From sequence record SRR20825019_354: a DNA stretch of 20,000 nt, one strand, 5' to 3'. Below, piece by piece: positions 1-8,093 of the stretch. The position numbers and the translations under genes were made by a program. Position 1 is the first letter of the stretch. Each line of letters starts with the position of its first letter. The notes under the pieces are model-generated. The model was given only the letters and a program-made list of their open reading frames with translations. It made no database searches and was not told the DNA's origin.

Positions 1-679
1 TCATAATACCTATACATTTAAAAAAGTGCGGCAGTTGTTTTTTCTTAATAGCATCTATTAAATAAACTATACCAATAATCACTACTAATAACAATAGGTA
101 ATATGTCATTTGAAAATGGTTAGCCATTATTTCCAAACTCATACTAACAGCCAATAAGAGAAAGCCCCAAATATGACGTCCTTTAAATATGAGTAAAATT
201 CCTGCTAGTACTAAAGGCATATATGCAATAGCATGAGCTTTTGCATTGTGGCCGGCACTTAATATATCTAACATATTGGTAGATAACCCAAATGCCAAAG
301 ATGCTATTATAGCTAACTTCCAGTCTACTTTTAAAATAATTAACAGTATATAAATACCAATAAAAAACAAGAACATATAATCTGCTGGTCTAGGCAGAAA
401 ACGTAATGTTCTATCTAACATTTTATTAAAACTATAAGGGTACTGCGCGCCTAATTGATAGGTAGGCATACCACCAAAAGCTGCATTTGTCCAATAGGGT
501 TCTTCACCAGTAGCATCTCTAAAATCTGTTTGCTCTTTAGACATCCCTTTATACTGAGCTATATCACTTTGATTAAGTTTTTTGCCCTCTAACAATGGAC
601 TGAAGTAAGCCATTGAGACTATTATAAAGCCTATTATTACAAGTATGTGAGGAATTAGTTTTTTAATGCTTGGATTCAT
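1..679 (-). CDS. YfhO-family (GT-C-like) polytopic membrane protein, N-terminal part; runs off the window edge
   Basis: Not in the ORF track; translated by hand from ATG at 679: MNPSIKKLIPHILVIIGFIIVSMAYFSPLLEGKKLNQSDIAQYKGMSKEQ...EEPYWTNAAFGGMPTYQLGA...GHNAKAHAIAYMPLVLAG...ANHFQMTYY. The Q-S-D, WTNxxFGGMPxYQ and HxQMTYY motifs are typical of Bacteroidota YfhO-like proteins. Confidence 0.8.
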   Translation of the reverse strand, partial: MNPSIKKLIPHILVIIGFIIVSMAYFSPLLEGKKLNQSDIAQYKGMSKEQTDFRDATGEEPYWTNAAFGGMPTYQLGAQYPYSFNKMLDRTLRFLPRPADYMFLFFIGIYILLIILKVDWKLAIIASLAFGLSTNMLDILSAGHNAKAHAIAYMPLVLAGILLIFKGRHIWGFLLLAVSMSLEIMANHFQMTYYLLLLVVIIGIVYLIDAIKKKQLPHFFKCIGIM

Positions 680-726
680 GTGTTGGTTTTATCTATCCAT
701 TAGTGAGTTTAAAAGCTCTTGTATGC

Positions 727-764
727 AAAAAAAAGGTCAATACACTAAATGCTTCTTAACCTTT
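727..764 (-). terminator. Putative intrinsic terminator after glmM
   Basis: On the minus strand AAAGGTTAA-(15 nt)-TTGACCTTT is followed by a T run, 4 nt after the glmM stop. The stem is weak (one G.U pair). Confidence 0.4.
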
Positions 765-768
765 ACAT

Positions 769-2157
769 TTATTTTTTAGCAATACTCTCAACAACTGTCA
801 TCATGTCTTTAGCTAGTTGATCTGCTTCTTCTTGACTTTTTGCTTCGGTATAAACTCTAATTATAGGCTCTGTATTACTTTTTCTCAAGTGAACCCAATT
901 TTCTGCAAAATCTATTTTTACACCATCAATTGTGGTAACTTCTTCATCTTTGTAATGCGCTTCAACAGCTTCTAAAATAGCATCTACATCTAACTCTGGT
1001 GTTAACTGTATTTTATTCTTGCTCATAAAATAGCTAGGGTATGTTGCTCTAAGCTCAGAAACTTTCATCTTCTTTTCTGCTAAGTGCGTTAAAAATAATG
1101 CTACTCCAACAAGGCTATCACGACCGTAATGTAATTCTGGGTAAATAATACCTCCATTGCCTTCACCACCAATTACAGCATCTGTATCTTTCATAAGCTG
1201 TACAACATTAACCTCTCCAACAGCACTTGCTTGGTAACTACCACCATGTTTCTCCGTAACATCTCTTAATGCTCTAGAAGAACTCATATTACTAACTGTG
1301 TTTCCTTTTTGCTTTCCTAAGATATAATCTGCAACAGCTACCAATGTGTATTCTTCACCAAACATTTCTCCTGTTTCATCAATAAACGCTAAGCGATCTA
1401 CATCTGGATCTACAACAACACCAAAATCTGCATGTTCTTCAATTACAAGTTTACAAATATCACCTAAGTGTTCTTTTAAGGGTTCTGGATTATGTGGAAA
1501 TTGACCATTAGGTTCGCAATAAAGCTTTACTGTTTCTACACCTAGCTCATTTAAAAGCATTGGTATTGCTAAACCACCAGTACTATTAACACCATCTACC
1601 ACAACCTTAAAGTTTGCTTTTCTTATTGCATCGGCATCTACCAAATCTAAGTTTAAAATTTCTTCAATATGCAAATCAAAGTACGCATCGTTCTTAGTTA
1701 TTTCTCCAAGATCATCAACTTCAGCAAACGTTATGTTTGCACCTTCTGCTATGTCTAATATTTTTTGTCCTTCAGCACCATTCAAAAATTCACCTTTATG
1801 GTTTAAAAGTTTAAGTGCATTCCATTGTTTGGGATTGTGACTTGCAGTTAAAATTATACCACCATCGGCGTGCTCCATTGGCACGGCAACCTCAACAGTT
1901 GGAGTTGTAGAAAGTCCTAAATCTATAACATGAATTCCTAAACCAACTAGGGTATTCATTACTAAGTTTTGTATCATTTCTCCAGAAATACGAGCATCTC
2001 TACCTACAACAACTCTATAATTATCTTTAGTTCTTTGCTGCTTTAGCCAAGTACCATAAGCACTTGCAAATTTAACAGCATCAATTGGTGTTAAGTTATC
2101 TCCTACGTTACCACCAATGGTACCGCGTATTCCTGATATAGATTTTATTAGAGTCAT
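769..2157 (-). CDS. glmM: Phosphoglucosamine mutase / phosphohexomutase
   Basis: N-terminal SGIRG, catalytic TASHNP, metal loop DPDVDR, sugar loop GEGNGG, C-terminal RKSNTEP. Confidence 0.9.
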   Translation of the reverse strand: MTLIKSISGIRGTIGGNVGDNLTPIDAVKFASAYGTWLKQQRTKDNYRVVVGRDARISGEMIQNLVMNTLVGLGIHVIDLGLSTTPTVEVAVPMEHADGGIILTASHNPKQWNALKLLNHKGEFLNGAEGQKILDIAEGANITFAEVDDLGEITKNDAYFDLHIEEILNLDLVDADAIRKANFKVVVDGVNSTGGLAIPMLLNELGVETVKLYCEPNGQFPHNPEPLKEHLGDICKLVIEEHADFGVVVDPDVDRLAFIDETGEMFGEEYTLVAVADYILGKQKGNTVSNMSSSRALRDVTEKHGGSYQASAVGEVNVVQLMKDTDAVIGGEGNGGIIYPELHYGRDSLVGVALFLTHLAEKKMKVSELRATYPSYFMSKNKIQLTPELDVDAILEAVEAHYKDEEVTTIDGVKIDFAENWVHLRKSNTEPIIRVYTEAKSQEEADQLAKDMMTVVESIAKK

Positions 2158-2312
2158 TCTTAAGTTTTAAATTTTGATAATTAGCTGGTTAGAAAATTAG
2201 TGATATGTAATTTAAACAACGTTAGCTTTACTTTAAAAGTTTTTTAACCACTAAATTGTAACGATTTATGGTGTTGAAATTCTCTAAAGAGACATTCATT
2301 AATTTTCAAGAA

Positions 2313-2320
2313 CAAATATA
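2313..2320 (-). promoter_or_regulatory. Bacteroidota housekeeping promoter -7 box (TATATTTG), probably for glmM
   Basis: Exact TAnnTTTG match on the minus strand, about 155 nt upstream of the glmM ATG. Confidence 0.55.
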
Positions 2321-2340
2321 CTATTTCAAAACCGATGTTG

Positions 2341-2348
2341 TAACTTCG
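2341..2348 (+). promoter_or_regulatory. Putative -7 box (TAACTTCG) for acpH-ggt
   Basis: One mismatch to TAnnTTTG, 5 nt before the ATG at 2354. Confidence 0.4.
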
Positions 2349-2353
2349 GCCTA

Positions 2354-2959
2354 ATGAATTACCTTGCTCATATTTACCTGTCTAAGGATGACGATTTGCT
2401 CAAAATAGGGAATTTTGCTGCAGACTCCATTAAAGGAAAGTCATTTTTAAAATATCCAGAGCGTATGCGCACAGGAATTACCTTGCACCGTGCGATAGAC
2501 ACCTACACAGACTCACACCCTATAGTTAGAGAAAGTGTATCTCGCCTCTTTCCCAAATACTCTCATTACAGTACCGTTATCGTAGATATTCTTTATGACC
2601 ATTATTTAGCCAAAAACTGGAACGATTTTCATCCACAACCGCTATCAGAATATGTAAATGAATTTTACACACTCCTAGAAAACCAATACAGTATTTTACC
2701 CAAACGTGTACAATCATTTCTACCAGTGATGACAGAGCATAATTGGTTATTAAGTTATGCTACTATTGATGGCATTGGAAAGATTTTATATCAAATGAAC
2801 ATTAGAACAAAACGCCGAAGTGATATGCATTTGGCAGTTTATGATTTACAGAAATTTTACTCAGAATTTGAAAAAGAATTTCGAACGTTTTTTGAAGATT
2901 TAGAAACTTACGTAGAAGACTTACTTCCAACATTATTATCTCATGAGAATTTACATTAG
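2354..2959 (+). CDS. acpH: Acyl carrier protein phosphodiesterase (AcpH family)
   Basis: MNYLAH, GNFAADSIKG, GITLHRAIDTYTDSHP and DILYDHYLA signatures. Confidence 0.85.
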   Translation: MNYLAHIYLSKDDDLLKIGNFAADSIKGKSFLKYPERMRTGITLHRAIDTYTDSHPIVRESVSRLFPKYSHYSTVIVDILYDHYLAKNWNDFHPQPLSEYVNEFYTLLENQYSILPKRVQSFLPVMTEHNWLLSYATIDGIGKILYQMNIRTKRRSDMHLAVYDLQKFYSEFEKEFRTFFEDLETYVEDLLPTLLSHENLH

Positions 2960-4633
2960 CCTCCTATTTTTATGTATTGTAGCTTTAAGTTGTAAAACTA
3001 AACCAGAGCCTAAAAAACACCAATATACGGACCTATTGCAGAAAACGCTATGGTAGTTTCTGCAAGAGCAGAGGCCTCTAAAATTGGTAGTGAAATTCTT
3101 GAACAAGGCGGTAATGCCTTTGATGCAATGTTTGCCACAGAAATGGCTTTAGCAGTTACCTTTCCATTTGCAGGAAATCTTGGCGGTGGCGGTTTTATGG
3201 TGTATCGATTAGAAAATGGAAAAACAGGCGCATTGGACTATCGAGAAAAAGCACCATTATTAGCTAGCAAAACAATGTACCAAGATAAAAACGGTAATAT
3301 AATACCAAAATTAAGCACAGTTGGTGCAAAAGCTGTTGGTGTTCCTGGTACAATTGCAGGAATTTTTGAAGCACACAGAACATTTGGAAGTATACCAATA
3401 GACAGTTTATTAATGCCAGTAATTAAACTTGCAGAACAAGGCTACGTTATAACTAAAAACCAAAAAGAACGCCTTGAGTATTATGCGCCAGTTTTTGATT
3501 CGGTTAATGGTAAGACAACATTGTATTCTGAAACTCTTACAGATACAGTGAAAAATATTGCACTAGCTAAAACATTAAAACGAATTGCCACTAACGGAGA
3601 AAGTGAGTTTTATACAGGTGAAACTGGACAAAAAATAGTGAAGTTTCTATCAGAAAAAGATGGTCTTATTACTCTTGAAGATTTAAAAGCCTACGATGCT
3701 GTATGGCGTGACCCAATCACATTTACATATGACAATTTAAAAATAATAAGTATGTCTCCTCCAAGTAGTGGTGGTATTTGCTTGGCTCAAATTATGGGAA
3801 TGATAGAGCCGTATGATTTGCAACAGTATAAACACAACTCTGCTAAATACATACAACTTATAACAGAAGCAGAACGCCGCGCTTACGCAGACAGAAGTCA
3901 TTGGCTAGGCGATCCAGATTTTACAGACATTCCTTTAGATTCACTAATTTCTGAAGCTTATTTAACCCAAAGAATGAAAAGTTTTAGTTGGGATAATGCC
4001 ACTAAATCTTCCAATGTTTCACACGGAAATATAATAGGCTACGAGAGTGATGAAACTACACACTACTCTATAATAGATTCTTATGGAAATGCCATTTCTG
4101 TAACCACAACACTTAATGGCGCTTATGGTTCTAAATTATATGTGGATGAATTAGGTTTCTTTCTAAATAATGAAATGGACGATTTTAGCAGTAAGCCAGG
4201 CGTCCCTAATATGTTTGGATTAATTGGCGCAGAAGCAAATAGTATAGCTCCAGAAAAACGTATGCTAAGTAGTATGACTCCAACAATTGTTGAAAAAGAT
4301 GGTAAACTTTGGATGAGTGTTGGCACACCAGGCGGAAGTACCATAATTACATCTGTACTACAGACTATCTTAAATGTGCAGGAGTTTAATATGACCATGC
4401 AAGAAGCAGTTGATGCTCCTAGATTTCATCACCAATGGCTACCAGATGTTATAAGGTTTGAACCAGATGTGTTTTCTACTGAAGAGTTGACTACACTTAA
4501 AGAAAAAGGTTACTTAATAAATGAAGAGGAAAGTCCTATTATAGGAAAGGTAGATGGTATTCTCATTATGCCAGATGGCAAGCTGGAAGGTGGCGCAGAT
4601 AGACGTGGAGATGATACTGCAATTGGATTTTAA
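2943..4633 (+). CDS. ggt: Gamma-glutamyltransferase; the lipoprotein signal peptide (2943-3017) is separated from the catalytic ORF (3050-4633) by a frameshift at an A6 run
   Basis: GGNAFDA, GNLGGGGF, DYREKAP, autoprocessing ETTHYS, LNNEMDDF, KRMLSSMTP, GTPGGSTI and PRFHHQ. An upstream ATG at 2943 encodes MRIYISLLFLCIVALSC in a different frame. Confidence 0.9.
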
Positions 4634-4697
4634 GACATCTCTAAATAAATAGAGCTCTATATGAATTTTAATTTATAATAGATTTAGAATAAAATGC

Positions 4698-4733
4698 TTT
4701 AATGCATTCCAACAAATATTGAAATGCATTAAA
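4698..4733. terminator. Inverted repeat between convergent ggt and pheT; probable terminator
   Basis: TTTAATGCATT (4698-4708) and AATGCATTAAA (4723-4733), with inner CAA/TTG pairing. Confidence 0.55.
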
Positions 4734-4743
4734 CACTTAATAA

Positions 4744-7170
4744 TTATCTAAGCTCTGCTCCTAATTGGTTTTCGAATTGATGCTGCAATTTCCCCATAAT
4801 TTTATCAACCTGTTTATCTGTCAAGGTTTTATTTTCATCTTGTAAAATAAAGCTCACTGCATAACTCTTCTTTCCGTTTGGCAAATTTTTTCCTTCATAA
4901 ACATCAAAAAGACTTACATCTTTAAGTAGTTTACGTTCTGTTTTTTGTGCAATGTCATCTATCTGAGAGAAATTTACATTATCATCTAATAGTAAAGCAA
5001 AATCTCTTCTCACTTTAGGATATTTAGGAATGTCATTTAGCTTAAAACGTTGTTTAGAAGCCATTAGCAATACATTGTCCCAGTTAAAATCTGCAAAAAG
5101 TACGTCTTGATCAACATTCATCTTTTTACAAAGAGTTTTGTTTACTATACCAAAATCTACCAAGGTTGTTTTTCCTAAAGAAATACTCATACCTTCAGAA
5201 AGATCGGAATGCTTTGTAGGCGCGTAATTAAGTTTAGAAATACCTAATCTATTTAAAACCGCTTCAATTGTACCTTTGAGCAAAAAGAAGTCGCTTGGCT
5301 TTTGCACTATATTCCAAGCCTCTGTATTACGATCTCCTGTTAAATAAATAGCTAAATGCTTAGCTTCTACTCTACCACTATCATAATTGTGGTAGGTTTT
5401 ACCAAATTCAAACAATTTTAAATCGGCACGCTTTCTATTTACATTAAAAGCAATGGACTCTAAACCTGAAAATAACATATTCTGTCTCAATACACTTAAA
5501 TCCTGACTTAATGGATTTAGCATCTTAACTGCGTGCTTAGGATTAGATTGTTCACTTAGTTCTGCATAACGCTCTGCTGTTAAAGAATTAGACAGCATTT
5601 CGTAAAAACCTTGAGACGTAAGTTGATTTCCTACAACGTTCTGTAATTTATAATCTTCAAATCGACCAGAATTAGACATAGAAGCATTTAACTTCTTACC
5701 AACCTTAATATTATTGTATCCATATACTCTAAGTATTTCTTCAATAACATCCGATTGTCTTTGCACATCTACTCTATAGGAAGGTATTGTAAGTCCTAAG
5801 CCAGTTTCTGTAACATTGTTCACCTTTATTTCTAAAGATGCCAATATAGATTTAATAGTTTCTGTAGGTATTTCTTCACCTATAAGTGTATTAATCTTAT
5901 CGAATGTTAAAAAGACTTGAAAGTCTTCAAACTTTTTAGGGTAGTAATCTTCAGAATCCATTGTAACATCTCCACCCGCAAGTTCTTGTATTAACAAGAC
6001 TGCTCGTTTTAATGCATATTCTGTACTTTCTGGATCTATTCCACGTTCAAACCTAAAAGATGCATCTGTATTTAACCCATGTCTTTTAGCTGTTTTACGT
6101 ACGCTTACAGGGTTAAAATAAGCGCTCTCTAAGAAAATGCTATTTGTATGTTCTGTAACACCAGAATTTACACCTCCAAATACACCTGCAATACATAATG
6201 GTTTATTTGCATCGCAAATCATCAAGTCATTTTCGTGTAACTCACGTTCTACCTCATCTAAAGTTGTAAATTTTGTTCCTGCAGGTAGCGTTTTTACATT
6301 TATAACATCACCTTCAATACGGTCTGCATCAAATGCATGTAATGGTTGTCCTAACTCATGCATAACATAGTTAGTAACATCTACCACATTGTTTTTAGGA
6401 GTTAATCCTATTGCTAACAATCTGTTCTTTAACCATTTTGGAGACTCTGCTACCTTAATACCAGTAATTGTAGTTCCGCAATACCTTGGTGCTAAATCTG
6501 TATCTTCAACATTAATAGCTATACGTCTGCTTCTATTTTCAACTTTAAATTTACTAACAGAAGGTGTATTTAAGGTAACGGCGTGCTCTTGCTGTATTAA
6601 ACCTGCTTTTAAATCTCTAGCAACACCCCAATGACTCATAGCATCTGCTCTGTTTGGTGTTAATCCAATCTCGAATACTACATCATTCTCTATATCAAAG
6701 ATATCTGCTACTGGTGTACCTACTGTTAGAGACTCATCTAATACCAAAATACCGTCATGGCTTTTCCCTAAGCCTAGCTCGTCTTCGGCACAAATCATAC
6801 CTTCACTAACCTCACCTCTTATCTTACCTTTTTTTATAACCCAAGGCTCACCATTCTCGTCATATAAAGTGCTACCTACTGTTACAACAGGTACTTTTTG
6901 ACCTTTAGCTACATTAGGTGCTCCACATACAATATGTAAAGGTGTTTGCTCTCCTACATTTACTGTGGTAACTTTTAATCGATCTGCATTAGGATGAGGC
7001 TCACACGTAAGCACTTCTCCTACAACAACACCTTCTAAACCACCTTTCACGCTTTGAAAGGCTTCAATACCTTCTACTTCAAGACCTAAATCTGTTAAAA
7101 GTTCACTTGTTTTTTCGGGTGCCCAGTCTATCTGGATAAACTGTTTAAGCCAGTTGTAAGAAATTTTCAT
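4744..7170 (-). CDS. pheT: Phenylalanine--tRNA ligase beta subunit
   Basis: Conserved start MKISYNWLK at 7170 (the ORF-track start at 7194 is too long), HPNADRL, IVCGAPN, LTPNRAD, GQPLHAFD, RFERG, and a C-terminal FDX-ACB domain (RRDFA...LFDVYEG...GKKSYA). Confidence 0.97.
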   Translation of the reverse strand: MKISYNWLKQFIQIDWAPEKTSELLTDLGLEVEGIEAFQSVKGGLEGVVVGEVLTCEPHPNADRLKVTTVNVGEQTPLHIVCGAPNVAKGQKVPVVTVGSTLYDENGEPWVIKKGKIRGEVSEGMICAEDELGLGKSHDGILVLDESLTVGTPVADIFDIENDVVFEIGLTPNRADAMSHWGVARDLKAGLIQQEHAVTLNTPSVSKFKVENRSRRIAINVEDTDLAPRYCGTTITGIKVAESPKWLKNRLLAIGLTPKNNVVDVTNYVMHELGQPLHAFDADRIEGDVINVKTLPAGTKFTTLDEVERELHENDLMICDANKPLCIAGVFGGVNSGVTEHTNSIFLESAYFNPVSVRKTAKRHGLNTDASFRFERGIDPESTEYALKRAVLLIQELAGGDVTMDSEDYYPKKFEDFQVFLTFDKINTLIGEEIPTETIKSILASLEIKVNNVTETGLGLTIPSYRVDVQRQSDVIEEILRVYGYNNIKVGKKLNASMSNSGRFEDYKLQNVVGNQLTSQGFYEMLSNSLTAERYAELSEQSNPKHAVKMLNPLSQDLSVLRQNMLFSGLESIAFNVNRKRADLKLFEFGKTYHNYDSGRVEAKHLAIYLTGDRNTEAWNIVQKPSDFFLLKGTIEAVLNRLGISKLNYAPTKHSDLSEGMSISLGKTTLVDFGIVNKTLCKKMNVDQDVLFADFNWDNVLLMASKQRFKLNDIPKYPKVRRDFALLLDDNVNFSQIDDIAQKTERKLLKDVSLFDVYEGKNLPNGKKSYAVSFILQDENKTLTDKQVDKIMGKLQHQFENQLGAELR

Positions 7171-7191
7171 TGCAATAATTTTTTCAGTGGG

Positions 7192-7199
7192 CAAAGATA
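7192..7199 (-). promoter_or_regulatory. -7 promoter box (TATCTTTG) for pheT
   Basis: Exact TAnnTTTG, 21 nt upstream of the ATG at 7170. Confidence 0.65.
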
Positions 7200-7288
7200 G
7201 GATTTTCTTAGCATTCTTATTTTGAAAATTAAGTGATACCTATAGATTGTATATTCTTAAAAAAAACCACTTTCTAAGCTCTGGTTTG

Positions 7289-7296
7289 TATCTTTG
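7289..7296 (+). promoter_or_regulatory. -7 promoter box (TATCTTTG) for rdgB
   Basis: Exact TAnnTTTG, 34 nt upstream of the ATG at 7331. Confidence 0.6.
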
Positions 7297-7330
7297 CTAC
7301 TATATTAAATCCTATCAATTTCAAGATACC

Positions 7331-7906
7331 ATGAAACTTGTATTTGCTACCCATAATAAAAATAAATTTGCTGAAGTAAAGGCATTAATGCCTGAATACA
7401 TCGAGCTTTTATCTTTAACAGATATCGATTTTCATGATGATATAAGAGAAACAGAAGATACTATAGAAGGTAATGCAATATTAAAAGCAAACTATATTAA
7501 AGACAGACTTGGCTTTAATTGTTTTGCAGATGATACCGGTTTAGAGGTTGATGCGTTAGATGGTAAACCTGGTGTTTATTCTGCTAGGTATGCAGGAGAA
7601 CAACGTAGTAGTGAAGACAATATGAATCTGTTACTCGATAACTTAAAAGATCAAGATAACAGAGCTGCGCAATTTAAAACCATTATTGCATTAGTTATAG
7701 ATAAACAAAAGACTTTGTTTTCTGGAATATGCAGAGGTGAAATTATAAAAGAAAAAAGAGGCGAAAAAGGATTTGGTTATGATCCTATTTTTATACCGAA
7801 TGCATCTAAAAAAACGTTTGCTGAAATGCCTCAAGATGAAAAGGCAAAGCACAGTCATCGCGGAAAAGCCATAAGAGAGCTTATAGATTATTTAAAAGAA
7901 GATTGA
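7331..7906 (+). CDS. rdgB: Non-canonical purine NTP pyrophosphatase (RdgB/HAM1)
   Basis: MKLVFATHNKNKFAE, ADDTGLEVDALDGKPGVYSARYAG, GFGYDPIF and SHRGKA. The likely start is the ATG at 7331. Confidence 0.95.
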   Translation: MKLVFATHNKNKFAEVKALMPEYIELLSLTDIDFHDDIRETEDTIEGNAILKANYIKDRLGFNCFADDTGLEVDALDGKPGVYSARYAGEQRSSEDNMNLLLDNLKDQDNRAAQFKTIIALVIDKQKTLFSGICRGEIIKEKRGEKGFGYDPIFIPNASKKTFAEMPQDEKAKHSHRGKAIRELIDYLKED

Positions 7907-7993
7907 TTTTCAATAGTTTACAGTACATTTCTATTTAAAATTCATTACAAAATCTAATTGAATTATTATCAATAATAATCAATAAATAAACCG

Positions 7994-8001
7994 TACCTTT
8001 G
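7994..8001 (+). promoter_or_regulatory. -7 promoter box (TACCTTTG) for the DEAD-box helicase gene
   Basis: Exact TAnnTTTG, 70 nt upstream of the ATG at 8072. Confidence 0.65.
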
Positions 8002-8011
8002 CAAAAATTTT

Positions 8012-8093
8012 AACCGCCTTGAGAGTCGGTCGGCATTGGTGCAAAATTATTCTCGAGGTTTTACATACTATATGAATTTATTCGAGAAACTCG
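8012..8093 (+). promoter_or_regulatory. Putative structured 5' leader of the helicase mRNA
   Basis: CCTTGAGAG (8017-8025) pairs with TTCTCGAGG (8050-8058). An alternative partner, TTCGAGAA, lies at 8081-8088. Confidence 0.4.

Noticed and set aside
4634..4697. AT-rich short palindromes after ggt (for example ATAGAGCTCTAT)
   Set aside because: Too short and AT-rich to distinguish from chance; no array or periodic structure.
4744..7170. pheT without an adjacent pheS
   Set aside because: Separation of pheS and pheT is usual in Bacteroidota.
7171..8071. ORF-track N-terminal extensions of pheT (7194), rdgB (7247) and the helicase (8036)
   Set aside because: The non-ATG starts extend past the conserved N-termini. 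For pheT and rdgB they overlap or precede the promoter boxes. The ATGs at 7170, 7331 and 8072 fit better.
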